Positions 37,524 through 50,700 of a stretch of 64,000 nt of DNA are shown one piece after another. The DNA is from Longimicrobiales bacterium. Its GTDB lineage: Bacteria > Gemmatimonadota > Gemmatimonadetes > Longimicrobiales > Gaopeijiaceae. The DNA is taken from the NCBI GenBank assembly GCA_965203485.1, contig OZ241892.1:1440001-1504000 (forward strand), written 5' to 3'. Within the stretch, counting starts at the first letter, position 1. Every line of letters starts with the position of its first letter. The notes below the pieces were generated by a model that had not been told where the DNA came from, did no database searches, and worked only from the letters and a program-made list of their open reading frames with translations. The position numbers were made by a program, and so were the translations under genes.

Positions 37524-38710
37524 CTACTGCCTGATCCGGATGGCGCCTGCTAGGCCGAGGCGGCGTTGCGGGGATTCGAGCGGCGAGGAGGCGTGCTCGC
37601 CGTAGAGGTGGAGGAGGAATCGCAGGCTCTCGGCGGGGCCTGTGGCGGGCGAATGGATGCCGGTGTGCGCGCTGGACGGGCCGCTCTTGCCGAGCAGCGA
37701 GAAGCGCGCGCCGGCGTTGAAGCGCTGGCCGGCGCCTGCGTCCTGGCTCCAGCGTCCAAAGGGCGTGATCGTGGCGCCGTTGTCGAGCGCGACGCCCCAG
37801 CCGAGCTCCATGGCCATGCGCCCGGGCGCCCAGCCGGACGGCGCGGCCGTCGGCGCCGTTTGCACGGCGGGTTCGAGCGCGGCGGCGCCTTGGCGCCAGA
37901 GTTCGCCGGTGGCGCCCGCGCCGGCGCCCCATGCCGGCTCGACGGAGAGCGACAGGCCGTTCTCGGCGCCGCCGCCGGGCTGGAGCCGGAGCGAGACGCC
38001 GGCGCCCCATTCGCGCAGGCCCTCGGCCTGGTGCGCGAGCAGCGCGCGCCCGCGCATTGCGACGGACAGGCCGGTGGGCGCGTGGTCGAACGACGCTTCG
38101 CCGCCCGCCTCGGCGCCCAACCCAGTCTCGGCGTCGCCGGCGTCGAGGCGCGCGCCGAGCTCGAGCCGCGTGCGCAGCGACGCTTCGCCGCCGAGCGCCC
38201 AGGTCTTCGCGACTTCGGGCGCGAGCCGGACGCGGTGCGCGCGCGCGGTCACGCCTGCCAGGTCGGCCGCGTCGTCGGAGCGCACGCGCACGGAGAACGC
38301 GTCGGCCTTGAGCGCGATGCCGCCGGCCAGCTCGCGGCGCGCGCCGAGCGCGCCCATCAGCATCGCGATGTCGGCGCCGAACCGGCCGCCGGCCGTCTCC
38401 TCGAGCGTCGCGTCGCCGGTTCCTGCGCCTGCGAGGGCCCAGAGGCCGAGCCCGCCGGTGGGCGACCAGTGCACGTAGGGATGCACGCTGGTCAGGCTCG
38501 CGGCGACGGAGCCGGCGCCGTTGACGGCGCTCTCGAACTCGGTCTCGAAGCTGTTGCGCGCGCCGGCGACGCCGACGAGCAGGCCGGACGCGAAGCGGTA
38601 GTCGGCGCCGAGGTGCGCCGAGCGCGCGCGCCCGCCGTCGAAGCGCAGGCCGTCGGCCGGGCGGCCCTCGTAGCCGCCCATGCCGGCGCGGCCCCAGACG
38701 GTCCAGCCGG
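37524..38710 (-). other. C-terminal autotransporter-like outer-membrane beta-barrel domain of giant protein 2
   Basis: WTVWGRAG, HLGADYRF..GLLVGVA, SVHPYVHW, LELGARLDAGDAETGLGAEAGG, LLAHQ...REWGAGVSLRL and GLSLSVEPAWG form alternating amphipathic strands, preceded by a helical linker (LAAFGRSVGAEAVDVIGGRL). Confidence 0.75.
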
Positions 38711-41700
38711 GACGCAGGCCGGCGGCGTCCTGCGCGCCGAACGCGCCCGAGTCGCTGGCCGCGCCGCCGCCGAGCGAGAGCTGGAACGAGCTGCGCTCGA
38801 GCAGGTCGCTGCCCGACAGCGGATTGAACGTCACGCCGCCCGGCGCGGCCGCCGCCGGCTCCTGCTGGCCCCGGTAGTCGCCGCCCATGTCGAGGCCGCC
38901 GAATCCGCCAGCTCCCGCGCCCGGGGCGCCAAACAGCAGCGCGGCCGGGTCGAGCGGGCCTGCGTCCTGCGCGCCGCCCATGCCGCCGGCGCTCGGCAAC
39001 GCGATCTGCACGCCGAGCAGGCCCGGCGCCGCACGCGCCAGCGCCCGCCAGCCGCACGCACGCGCGCCCGTCCCGGTAACCGCCCCTGCCAGCGTCGCCC
39101 CGGACGTTTCGACCGCAGCACCCGCCCGTTGCGCGACGCCGGTTGCGGCACCGCCGTCGCAGGCGATCGAGCGTCCTCCGAGCTGGAGGTGCGAGCGTCC
39201 GAGTCCGCCCGCCGATTCGATCCCGAGCCGGCCGCCGATCACGTCGACGGCCTCGGCGCCGACGGAGCGCCCGAACGCGGCCAGCGCGCCCTCGAGCACG
39301 CGCGCTCGCTCGGAGCGCGACGCCTCGACGACGACGGCGACGGTCTGCTCGGCGGCCAGCCCGCCGGGATCGGCGGCCGTCACCGTCACGCTCGCCGTGC
39401 CGATCGCGAACGGCTGGATGGTCAGCACGCCGCCCGCAACGCTCGCCGCCGCCACCGCCGTGTCCGACGACTCGGCGGCGTACGCGAGCGCGTCGCCGTC
39501 CGGGTCCCGGAAGTACGCGTCCAGCGTCTCCTGCACGGCCGCGCCGTGCGCCTCGAGCGCCGGGATCGCGATCTGCGCGGTCGCTTCGGGCGCCTCGTTG
39601 ACGTCGGTCACGACGACGGTCGCGTTCGCCGTCGCCGCCAGGCCGCCCCTGTCCGTCGCGGCGACGACGAGCGCGTGCTCGCGCGGGCCGGTCTCGTAGT
39701 CCTCGCCGGCGCCGACGTAGCGCACGGCGCCGCTCGCAGCGTCCAGCTCGAACAGGCCGCCGCCGCCCGAGACCAGGCTGTACGACAGCACGTCGCCCTC
39801 GTCCTCGTCGTCGGCGGCGACGGCGCCGACGGCGAGCGGGCCGGCCGCGTTCTCGGCCAGCTCGAACGTCCAGCTCGCCTGCTCGAACACGGGCGCCTCG
39901 TTCACGTCGGCGACCGTCACGACGACGGCCGCCCGCGCGGCCAGGCCGTCGGCGCCCGTCGCGGCGACGACGAGCGCGTGCTCGCGCGGGCCCGTCTCGT
40001 AGTCCTCGCCGGTGCCCACGTAGCTGACCGCGCCGCTCGACGCGTCCAGCTCGAACAGCCCACCGCCGCCCGAGACCAGGCTGTACGACAGCGCCTCGCC
40101 CTCGTCCGGGTCGGTCGCCGACACCGTGCCCAGCACGACGGGCCCGGCCGCGTTCTCGGCCAGCTCGAACGTCCAGCTCGCCCGCTCGAACACGGGCGCC
40201 TCGTCGGCGTCGGCGACGGCTATCACGACGCCGGCCGCCGCGCGCAATCCACCCGCGTCGGCGACGGCGACGGCCAGCGCGTGCTCGCGCGGGCCCGTCT
40301 CGTAGTCTTCGCCGGCGCCGACGTAGCGCACGGCGCCGCTCGCAACGTCCAGCTCGAACAGGCCGCCGCCGCCCGAGACCAGGCTGTACGACAGCGCCTC
40401 GCCCTCGTCCGGGTCGGTCGCGCTGACCGTGCCCAGCACTATGGGCCCGGCCGCGTTCTCGGCCAGCTCGAACGTCCAGCTCGCCCGCTCGAACGCGGGC
40501 GCCTCGTTCGCGTTCGTCACCTTCACCGTCACGCGGACGGTCGACGCGAGGCCGCCGACGTCGGCGGCCGACACGACGAGCGCGTGCTCGCGCGGGCCGG
40601 CTTCGTAGTCTTCGCCCGCGCCGACGTAGCTGACCTCGCCGCTCGTCTCGCCCACCTCGAACAGGCCGCCGCCGCCCTCGCGCAGCCGGTAGTACACCTC
40701 GTCGCCCTCGTCCGGGTCCACGGCGCTCACGGCGCCCACGACGACGGCGCCCGCGACGTTCTCGGCCAGCTCGAACGCGTACGACTCGGCCGAGAACTTC
40801 GGCGGCCGCCCAGGCTCCGGCTCGCCGCCGCCGCCCTCGACCCTGCGCGTCGGATCGCTTGCGAACGCATGGCTGCCCAGCGACAGCGCAGCCGGCGTCG
40901 AACCGTCGGCGGCCGACACGATCGCCGCGCCGCTCGCGTCCAGCGCGCCGGCGGCCAGCGCGATCCCGTTCGGCGCGCGGTCGTGAGGACGCACCTCGTA
41001 CGCGAACTCGACGCGCCGCCCGCTCGCCGACGCCAGCGCGGCGTGAACCGTGCGCGTGCCCATCGCCAGCGCCAGACGCGGGCCGCCCGTCACGCTCACC
41101 GGCCGGTCGAACACGACGGCGATCTCGATCGTCTGGCCGGCGCGCCACCGGCCGCCCGACTGCGGACGGCTCGCCTCGACGCCCGCGACCGCAGGCGGCG
41201 ACACGACGCTGCCGTCCACCAAGTGGCCGCCGACGTTCGTCAGCGCGTGGCCGCCCAGCGACAGTCCAGCCGCCGCCGTGCCGCCCAGCAGCGTGATCGC
41301 GCCGCCGTTCAGCGACAGCGCGCCCGCGCCCACGCTCAATCCGTCCGCGTCGGCGTCCGCCGCCTGAACGGCGTACGCGAACTCGAGCGCCGCGCCCTGC
41401 GTCGCGCCCAACGCGCCGGCGGAACCGCCTGCGCCGCCCGCCGACCCGCCGGCCCAGCCCGCGCCTGCATAGCCCGCCGCGACGCCGGCCCAGCCCGCGC
41501 GCGCGGCGGCGCCGTAGCCGACGACGCGCACGAAGCGCGCCGTGCGCGTCTGCGCGCCGATCGTCAGCGCCAGCTGCGGCGAGCCCGTCACGGCGACGGC
41601 GCGGTCGAAGCGCACGTGCACGCGGATCTCCTCGCCCAGCTCGTAGCGCCCGCCGCCGATGGGCGCGCTCGCCAGCACCACGCCCGCCACGGCAGGCGCC

Positions 41701-44700
41701 GTCTCGGCGCTCCCGTCCACCAGGTGGCCCGCGACGTTCGACAGCGCGTGCGTGCCCAGCGACAGCACCGCCGCCACGCGCCCGCCCGCGATCACGATCG
41801 TCCCGCCGTTCAAGGCCAGCGCCGCCGCCGCGACGCTCACGCCGTCGGCGTCGGCGTCGGCGCCCGCGACGACGTAGCCGAACACCAGCTCGGCCGTGCC
41901 GCTCCCGCTCGCGTAGCCCGCCTGCCGCGTCGCGCTCCCGATGCCCAGCGCCAGCTGCGGCGCGCCCGCAACGTCGACCGGACGGCTGAACGCCAGCGCG
42001 ACGGCGATCCGCTCGCTCAACCCGTAAGCGCTCCCGTTCGCGGGCGACGATACCAGCCGCGCGCCCGTCACGACCGGCGCCGCCTCGAGCGTGCCGGCGA
42101 CGGCGTGGCCGCTCGCGTTCACGATCGCGTGGCTGCCCAGCGACAGAACCGCCGCCGCCGTGCCGCCCGCGACCACCAGCGTCCCGCCGCTCAGCGACAA
42201 CGCGCCCGCGCCAACGCTGATCCCGTCGCTGTCGGCGTCCGCCGCCTGAACCACGTACGCGAACTCGAGCTCGGACGTGCCGCTCCCGCCCGCGTAGCCC
42301 GCCTGCCGCGTCGCAGCGCCGATGCCCAGCGCCAGCTCGGGCGTGCCCGTCACCGCCACCGCGCGGTCGAAGCGCACCGCCACCCGTATCTCCTCGCCCA
42401 GTCCGTACGACCCGCCGCCCGACGGCGCGCTCGCCAGCCGAGCGCCCGCAACCGCCGGCGCGCCCTCGACGCTGCCGTCCACCTTGTGCGCGCCAGCGTT
42501 CGCAATCGCGCTCGAGCCCAGGCCCAGCCCGGCCGCCGTCGACCCGTCGCGCGCGTCGGCTATCGCGCCGCCGTTCAGCGACAGCGCGCTCGCGCCCACG
42601 CTGATCCCGTCGGCGTCGGCGTCCGCAGACGCGACCACGTAGCCGAACACCAGCGCGCGCGTCCCGCTGCCGCCAGCGTAGCCCGCCTGCTTCGTCGCGC
42701 TCCCGATGCCCAGCGCCAGCTGCGGCGCGCCCGTCACGACGACCGGGCGAGCGAACGTCACCCGTACCTCGATGCGCTCGCCCAACCCGTACGTGTCGCC
42801 GCTCGCCGGCGCGCTCGTCACCGACGCCGCGCTCGGCGACGACGCCGTGAACGTCCCGCCCGCCACCTTGTGGCCCGCGCTGTTCGCCACCGCGTGCGCG
42901 CCCAGGCCCAGCAAAGCGTCCGCCGTGCCGCCCGACACCTTGATCGTCCCGCCGTTCAGCGCCAAAGCGCCCGCCGCGACGCTGAGCCCGTCCGCGTCCG
43001 CGTCGGCGGACACGACCACGTACCGGAACGCCAGCGCAGCCGTCCCGCTCCCGCCCGCGTAGCCCGCCTGCTTCGTCGCCGCGCCGATGCCCAGCGCCAG
43101 CTGCGGCGCGCCCGTCACCGACACCGGCTTGTTGAACTCGACCTCGACCTCGACCGTGTCGCCCCGCTCGAACGTGTCGCCCACCGTCGGCGACCCGATC
43201 GTCACGCCCATCACCCCGGGCGGGCCGCGCGTCGCGTCCACGCGGTGGCCCGCAGCGTCCGCGACCGCGTTCGAACCCAGGCCCAGCGCCGCCGCCGTCG
43301 AACCGTCGCGACCGTCCGCGATCCCGCCGCCGTTCAGCGCCAAAGCGCTCGCGCCGATGCTGAGCCCGTCGGAGTCGGCGTCGCCCGCGACGACCACGTA
43401 GCCGAACGACAGCTGCGGCGTGCCCGTGCCGCCCGCGTAGTCCGCCTGCCGCGTCGCAGCGCCGAACGACAGCGCCAGCTGCGGCGTGCCCGTCACCGCC
43501 ACAGCGCGCGCGAACGTCACCCGAACCTCGATCCGCTCGCCCAACCCGTACGTCGCGCCGCTCGCAGGACTGCTCGCGACCGCCACCCCCGTCACGCCAG
43601 ACGCCGTGAACGTCCCGCCCGCAACCTTGTGGCCCGCGCTGTTCGATATCGCGTGCGTGCCCAACCCCAGCGTCGCGTCCAGCGTGCCGCCGGCCAGCCG
43701 AACCGTACCGCCGTTCAATCCCAGCGCCGTCGTCGCGACGCTCAACCCGTCGGCGTCCACGTCCGCCGTCACCACCACGTAGCGGAACTCGAGCGACGAC
43801 GTGCCGCTCCCGCTCGCGTAGACCGCCTGCTTCGTCGCGCTCCCGATCCCCAGCGCCAGCTGCGGCGCGCCCGTCACGTCCACCGAGCGGTTGAACGCCA
43901 GCGTCGCCACTATCGTGTCGCCCCGCTCGAACGTCGTGCCCACCGGCGGCGAGCCGAGCGTCACGCCCGTCACGCCGGGCGGCCCCAGGTTCCCGTTCAC
44001 CTTGTGCGCCGCAGCGTTCGATATCGCATGGCTCCCCAGACCCAGGCCCGCAGCCTCGCTCGCGTCGCGCGCGTCGTCGATCGCACCGCCGTTCAACGCC
44101 AGCGCGGCCGGCCCGATGCTCAAACCGTTCGCGTCCGCGTCCGCAGCCACCACCACGTAGCCGAACGCCAGCGTCTTCGTGCCCGTGCCGCTCGCATAGC
44201 TCGCCTGGCGCGTCTGCGCGCCGATCGTCAACGCCAGCTGCGGCGTGCCCGTCACCGCCACCGCGCGGTCGAACGTCACCTCGACCTCGATCCGCTCCGT
44301 GCGACCGTACGTGCTGTCGCTCGCTGGACTGCTCGTCACCGACACGCCGCTCACCGACGACGCCGTGAACGTCGCGCCCGACACGCGCAACGCGCCGTCG
44401 TTGCCGATCGCATGGCGCTCCAGGCTCAGCAACGCGTCCGTCGTCCCGCCCGCAACGTCGATCGTGCCGCCGTTCAGCGCCAGAGCGCTCGCGCCCACGC
44501 TCAACCCGTCGGCATCAGCGTCCGCCGTCGCCACCACGTACCGGAACACCAGCGCCGCCGTGCCCGTGCCCGATGCGTACGCCGCCTGCCGCGTCTGCGT
44601 GCCGATCCCCAGCGCCAGCTGCGGCGTGCCCGTCACGTCCACCGCCTTGTTGAACCGCACCGTCGCAACAATCGTGTCGCCGCGCTCGAACACCGCGCCC

Positions 44701-47700
44701 GCCGGCGGCGACGCCACCGCCAACCCCGTCACGCCAGGCGGGCCCAGCCCGCCGTTCACCTTGTGCGCCGCAGCGTTCGTTATCGCATGGCTCCCCAAGC
44801 CCAGGCTCGCAGCCGTCGCGCCCGGCCGCGCGTCCGCGATCGTCCCGCCGTTCAGCGCCAGCGCGCCCGCCGCGATGCTGAGCCCGTCGGCGTCCACGTC
44901 GGCCGGCCGGATCGCGTACCCGAACACCAGCGTGTCCGCACTGCTCGACGCCGAATCGTAGTCCGCCTGGCGCGTCGCCGTCCCGATCCCCAAAGCCAGT
45001 CGCGGCGTCCCCGTCACCGCCACCGGACGGCTGAACGCCAGCTTCACCTCGACCGACTCGCCCAGCTGGTACGTGCTCGCGCTCGCTGGCGCGCTCGACA
45101 CCGCCACCGCAGTCACCGCCGGCGTCGTGAACGTGCCGCCCGCCACCTTGTGGCCCGCGCTGTTCGTCACCGCGTGGCCGCCCAGTCCCAGCGTCGCGTC
45201 CAGCGTGCCGCCGGCGACCCTGATCGTCCCGCCGCTCAACGACAACGCGCCCGCTGCGATGCTGATGCCGTCGGAGTCCGCGTCGCCGCTCGCCACCACG
45301 TACCGGAACGCCAGCGTGTCCGTGCCCGTACCGCTCGCGTAGCTCGCCTGCCTGGTCGCTGAACCAATCGCCAGCGCCAGCTGCGGCGCGCCCCCCACGT
45401 CCACCGCGCGGTTGAACACCAGCTCGACCTCGATCGTCTCGCCGCGCTCGAACACGTCGCCCACCGCCGGCGAACCGATCGACAGCGCCGTCACGCCCGG
45501 CGGCCCGCGGCTGCCGTCCACCTTGTGCGCCGCAGCGTTCGATATCGCGGACGAGCCCAGACCCAGGCCCGCCGCCGTCGTGCCGCCCCGAGCGTCGTTG
45601 ATCGTCCCGCCGTTCAGCGCCAGCGCGCTCGCCGCGACGCTGATCCCGTCCGTGTCCGCGTCCGCCGCCGCCACCACGTACCGGAACGCCAGCGCCGTCG
45701 TGCCGCTCCCGCTCGCGTACGCCGCTTGCCGCGTCTGACTCCCGACCCCCAGCGCCAGCTGCGGCGCGCCCGTCACGGCCACCGGGCGCGTGAACGACAC
45801 CTCGGCCTCGATCACCTCCGTGCGTCCGTACGTGCTGTCGCTCGACGGAGCGCTCGTGATCGCGACCCCGCTCGCCGCAGACGCCGTGAACGTGCCGCCC
45901 GCCACCTTGTGGCCCGTGCTGCGGATCACCGCGTGGCTGCCCAGCCCCAGCACCGCGTCCGTCGCCGTCCCCGACCGACGGATCGTGCCACCGTTCAGCC
46001 GCAAGTCGGACGCGCCGATGCCCAACCCGTCGGCATCCGCGTCCGCAGCCGCCACCACGTACCGGAACACCAGCGTGTCCGTCCCCGTCCCGCTCGCGTA
46101 GTCCGCCTGCTTCGAGCCGCTCGCGAACCGCAGCTGCAGCTGCGGCGTCCCCGTCACCGCCACCGCCTTGTTGAACGCGACCTTGACCTCGATCGTCTCG
46201 CCGCGCTCGAACGTGTCGCCCACCTGAGGCGCACCGATCAACAACCCCGTCACGCCCGGCGGCCCCTGTGCGCCGTCCACTTTGTGCGGCGCCGCGTTCG
46301 CGATCGCGCTCGAACCCAAGCCCAGGCTGGCCGCCGTCGAACCGTCACGAGCGTCCGAGATCGTGCCGCCGTTCAACGCCAACGCGCTCGCACCGACGCT
46401 GACGCCGTCGCTGTCCGCATCCCCCGCCACCACCTCGTACCCGAACGTCAGCGTCTTCGTGCCGCCCCCGCTCGCGTGGTCCGCCTGCCGCGTCGCTGCC
46501 CCCATCGTCAGCGCCAGCTGCGGCGTGCCCGTCACGTTCACCGGCCGCGCGAACGTCACCTCGACCTCGATCCGCTCGCCCAGCCCGTACGTGTCGCCGC
46601 TCGACGGAGCGCTCGATATCGTCACGCCGCTCACCGACGCCGCCGTGAACGTGCCGCCCGCCACCTTGTGCCCCCCGCTGTTCGTCACCGCGTGCGCGCC
46701 CAGACCCAGCGTCGCGTCCAGCGTGCCGCCCGACAGCCGGATCGTGCCGCCGTTCAACGCCAGCGCGCTCGTCCCGATGCTCAACCCGTCGGCGTCCGCG
46801 TCCGCAGTCACCACCGTGTACTGGAACACCAGCGACGTCGTGCCGCTCCCGCTCGCGTAGCTCGCCTGACGCGTCTGCGTGCCGATCGCCAGCGCCAGCT
46901 GCGGCGTGCCCGTCACCGCCACCGCGCGGTTGAACGTCACCGTCGCCGCGATCGCGTCGCCCCGCTCGAACACGTCGCCCGCCGGAGGCGGCGCGACGAC
47001 CAAGCCCGTCACGCCCGGCGGCCCCTGGTTGCCGTCCACCTTGTGCGCCGCCGCGTTCGCGATCGCGCTCGAACCCAGCCCCAGCCCCGCCGCCTCGCTC
47101 GCGTCGCGAGCGTCCGCAATCGTCCCGCCGTTCAACGCCAGCGCGGCCGGCCCGATGCTGATCCCGTTCGCGTCCGCGTCCGCCGCAACCACCGCGTAGC
47201 CGAACGCCAGCGTCTTCGTGCCCGTCCCGCTCGCGTAGCTCGCCTGGCGCGTCTGCGCGCCGATCGTCAACGCCAGCTGCGGCGTGCCCGTCACCGCCAC
47301 GTTGCGGTCGAACGTCACCTCGACCTCGATCCGCTCCGTCCGGCCGTACGTGCTGTCGCTCGCCGGACTGCTCGATATCGTCACGCCGCTCGCCGACGCC
47401 GCCGTGAACGTCGCGCCCGACACGCGCAACGCGCCGTCGTTGCCGATCGCATGGCGCTCCAGGCTCAGCAACGCGTCCGTCGTACCGCCCGCCACGTCGA
47501 TCGTGCCGCCGTTCAGCGCCAGCGCGCTCGCCGCGATGCTGAGCCCGTCGGCGTCCGCGTCCGCAGCCACCACCACGTACCGGAACACCAGCGCCGTCGT
47601 GCCCGTCCCCGAAGCGTAGCCCGCCTGCCGCGTCTGCGTCCCGATCGACAACGCCAGCTGCGGCGTGCCCGTCGCGTCCACCGCCTTGTTGAACGTCACC

Positions 47701-50700
47701 GTCGCAACCACCGTGTCGCCCCGCTCGAACGCGGCGCCCACCAGCGGCGCAGCCACCGTCAACCCCACGACGCCCGGCGGCCCCAGGCTGCCGTTCACCT
47801 TGTGCGAAGCGTCGTTCGTCACCGCGTTCGAGCCCAGGCCCAGCGCAGCAGCCTCGCTCGCGTCGCGAGCGTCCGCAATCGTCCCGCCGTTCAGCGCCAA
47901 CGCGCTCGCGCCGATGCTGAGCCCGTCGGTGTCCGCGTCCGCCGGACGGACCGCGTAGCCGAACACCAGCGTGTCCGCCGTGCTCGACGCCGCCTCCCAG
48001 CTCGCCTGCCGCGTCCGCGTCCCGATCCCCAGCGCCAGACGCGGCGTGCCCGTCACCGCGACCGGACGACCGAACGCCACCTTCACCTCGATCCGCTCGC
48101 CCAGCTGGTACGTGCTCGCGCTCGCCGGCGCGCTCGAGACCGTCACGCCGCTCACCGACGCCGCCGTGAACGTGCCGCCCGCCACCTTGTGGCCCCCGCT
48201 GTTCGTCACCGCTCGCGCGCCCAGGCCCAAGGCCGCGTCCAGCGTGCCGCCCGCGACCTTGATCGTCCCGCCGTTCAGCGCCAAAGCGCCCGCCGCGATG
48301 CTGAGCCCGTCCGCGTCCGCGTCGCCGCTCGCCACCACGTACCGGAACACGAGCGTGTCCGTGCCCGTACCAGCGGCGTAGCTCGCCTGCCGCGTCGCGC
48401 TCCCGATCGCCAGCGCCAACCGCGGAGTCCCCCCCACGTCCACCGACCGGTTGAATACCAGCTCGACCTCGATCGTCTCGCCGCGCTCGAACACGTCGCC
48501 CACCGCCGGAGAGCTGATCGACAGCCCCGTCACGCCCGGCGGCCCGCGGCTGCCGTCCACCTTGTGCGCCGCAGCGTTGGCGACCGCGTTCGAACCCAGA
48601 CCCAGCGCCGCAGCCGTCGCGCCGTCGCGCGCGTCGGCGATCCCGCCGCCGTTCAGCGCCAGCGCGCCCGCCGCGATGCCGATGCCGTCCGAGTCGGCGT
48701 CCGCAGCCGCCACCGTGTAGCCGAACGCCAGCGTCGCCGTGCCGCTCCCGCTCGCGTACGACGCCTGCCGCGTCTGCGCGCCGACCGTCAGCGCCAGCTG
48801 CGGCGTACCCGTCACCGCCACCCTGCGGTTGAACGTCACCTCCACCTCGATCCGCTCCGTCCGGCCGTACGTGCTGTCGCTCGCCGGAGCGCTCGTGATC
48901 GCGACCCCGCTCACCGACGCCGCCGTGAACGTGCCGCCCGCGACCTTGTGGCCCGCGCTGTTCGCCACCGCGCTCGGCCCCAGACCCAGCAGCGCGTCCG
49001 TCGTGCCGCCCGCCACGTCAATCGTCCCGCCGTTCAACGCCAGAGCGCCCGCCGCGATGCTCAACCCGTCGGCGTCCGCGTCCGCCTGCACCACCACGTA
49101 CCGGAACACCAGCGACGCCGTGCCCGTGCCGCCCGCGTACGACGCCTGCCGCGTCGCAGAGCCGATCGTCAGCGCCAGCTGCGGCGTACCCGTCACGTCC
49201 ACCGCCTTGTTGAACACGACCGTCGCCGCAATCGTGTCGCCCCGCTCGAACACGTCGCCCACCACCGGCGACGCGACAGACAGCGCCGTCACGCCCGGCG
49301 GCCCCTGCGCGCCGTCCACCTTGTGCGACGCTGCGTTCGCAATCGCGTTCGTCCCCAGGCCCAGGCTCGCCGCCGTCGAACCGTCGCGCGCGTCGACGAT
49401 CGTCCCGCCGTTCAGCGCCAGCGCGCCCGCCGCGATGCTGAGCCCGTCGCCGTCGGCGTCGGACGCCGCGACCGCGTAGCTGAACGCCAGCGTCTTCGTG
49501 CCCGTGCCCGAGCCGTAGTCCGCCTGCACCGTGTCTGTCCCGATGCCCAGCGCCAGCTGCGGCGTGCCCGTCACGTTCACCGGCCGCACGAACGTCACCT
49601 CGACCTCGATCTCCTCGCCCAGCCCGTACGTGTCGCCGCTCGCCGGGCTGCTCGTGATCGTCACGCCGCTCACCGACGACGCCGTGAACGTGCCGCCCGC
49701 AACCTTGTGGTTCGTGCTGTTCGCGATCGCGTGGCCGCCCAGGCCCAGCACCGCGTCCGTCGTGCCGCCCGCCACGTCGATCGTCCCGCCGTTCAGCGCC
49801 AGAGCGCCCGCCGCGATGCTGAGCCCGTCCGCGTCCGCGTCCGCCTGCACCACGACGTAGCGGAACACCAGCGACGCCGTGCCGCTGCCGCTCGCGTAGC
49901 CCGCCTGCCGCGTCTGCGTGCCGATCGCCAGCGCCAGCCGCGGCGCGCCCCCCACGTCCACCGCCTTGTTGAACGTCACCGTCGCCGCAATCGTGTCGCC
50001 ACGCTCGAACACGTCGCCCGCCGGCGGCGCCGCAATCGACACCCCGCTCACGCCCGGCGGCCCCCGGCTGCCGTCCACCGCATGGCCCGCGCTGTTCGCG
50101 ATCGCACTCGCGCCCAGCCCCAGCGCGGCCGCCGTCGTGCCGTCGCGCGGGTCCACGATCGTCCCGCCGTTCAGCGCCAGCGCGCTTGCGCCCACGCTCA
50201 GCCCGTCCGCGTCCGCGTCGCCCGCCGCCACCGTGTAGCGGAACTCCAGCTCGCGGTTGCCCGACGCCGCCGCGACGTACGCCGCCTGCCGCGTCTGCGC
50301 GCCAATCCCCAGCGCCAGCTCCGGCGCGCCCGTCACCGTCACGTTCCGGTTGAACGTCACCGTCACGCCGATCTGCTCGCCCAGCTCGTACGTGCTCCCG
50401 TCCGACGGAGCGCTCGAAATCCCCGCCCACGTCACCGCCGGCGCCGTGAACGTGCCGCCCGCGACGCGGAAGCCGGACGCGTTGCTGATCGCTACGTGCT
50501 CGAGACTCAGCAACGCGTCCGTCGTCCCGCCCGCCACGTCGATCGTCCCGCCGTTCAACCCCAGCGCGTTCGCCGCGATGCTCAGCCCGTCCGCGTCCGC
50601 GTCCGACTGCACCACCACGTAGCGGAACTCCAGCTCCGTCGCGCCCGTCCCGCTCGCGTACGCAGCCTGCCGCGTCGCGCTCCCGATGCCCAGCGCCAGC

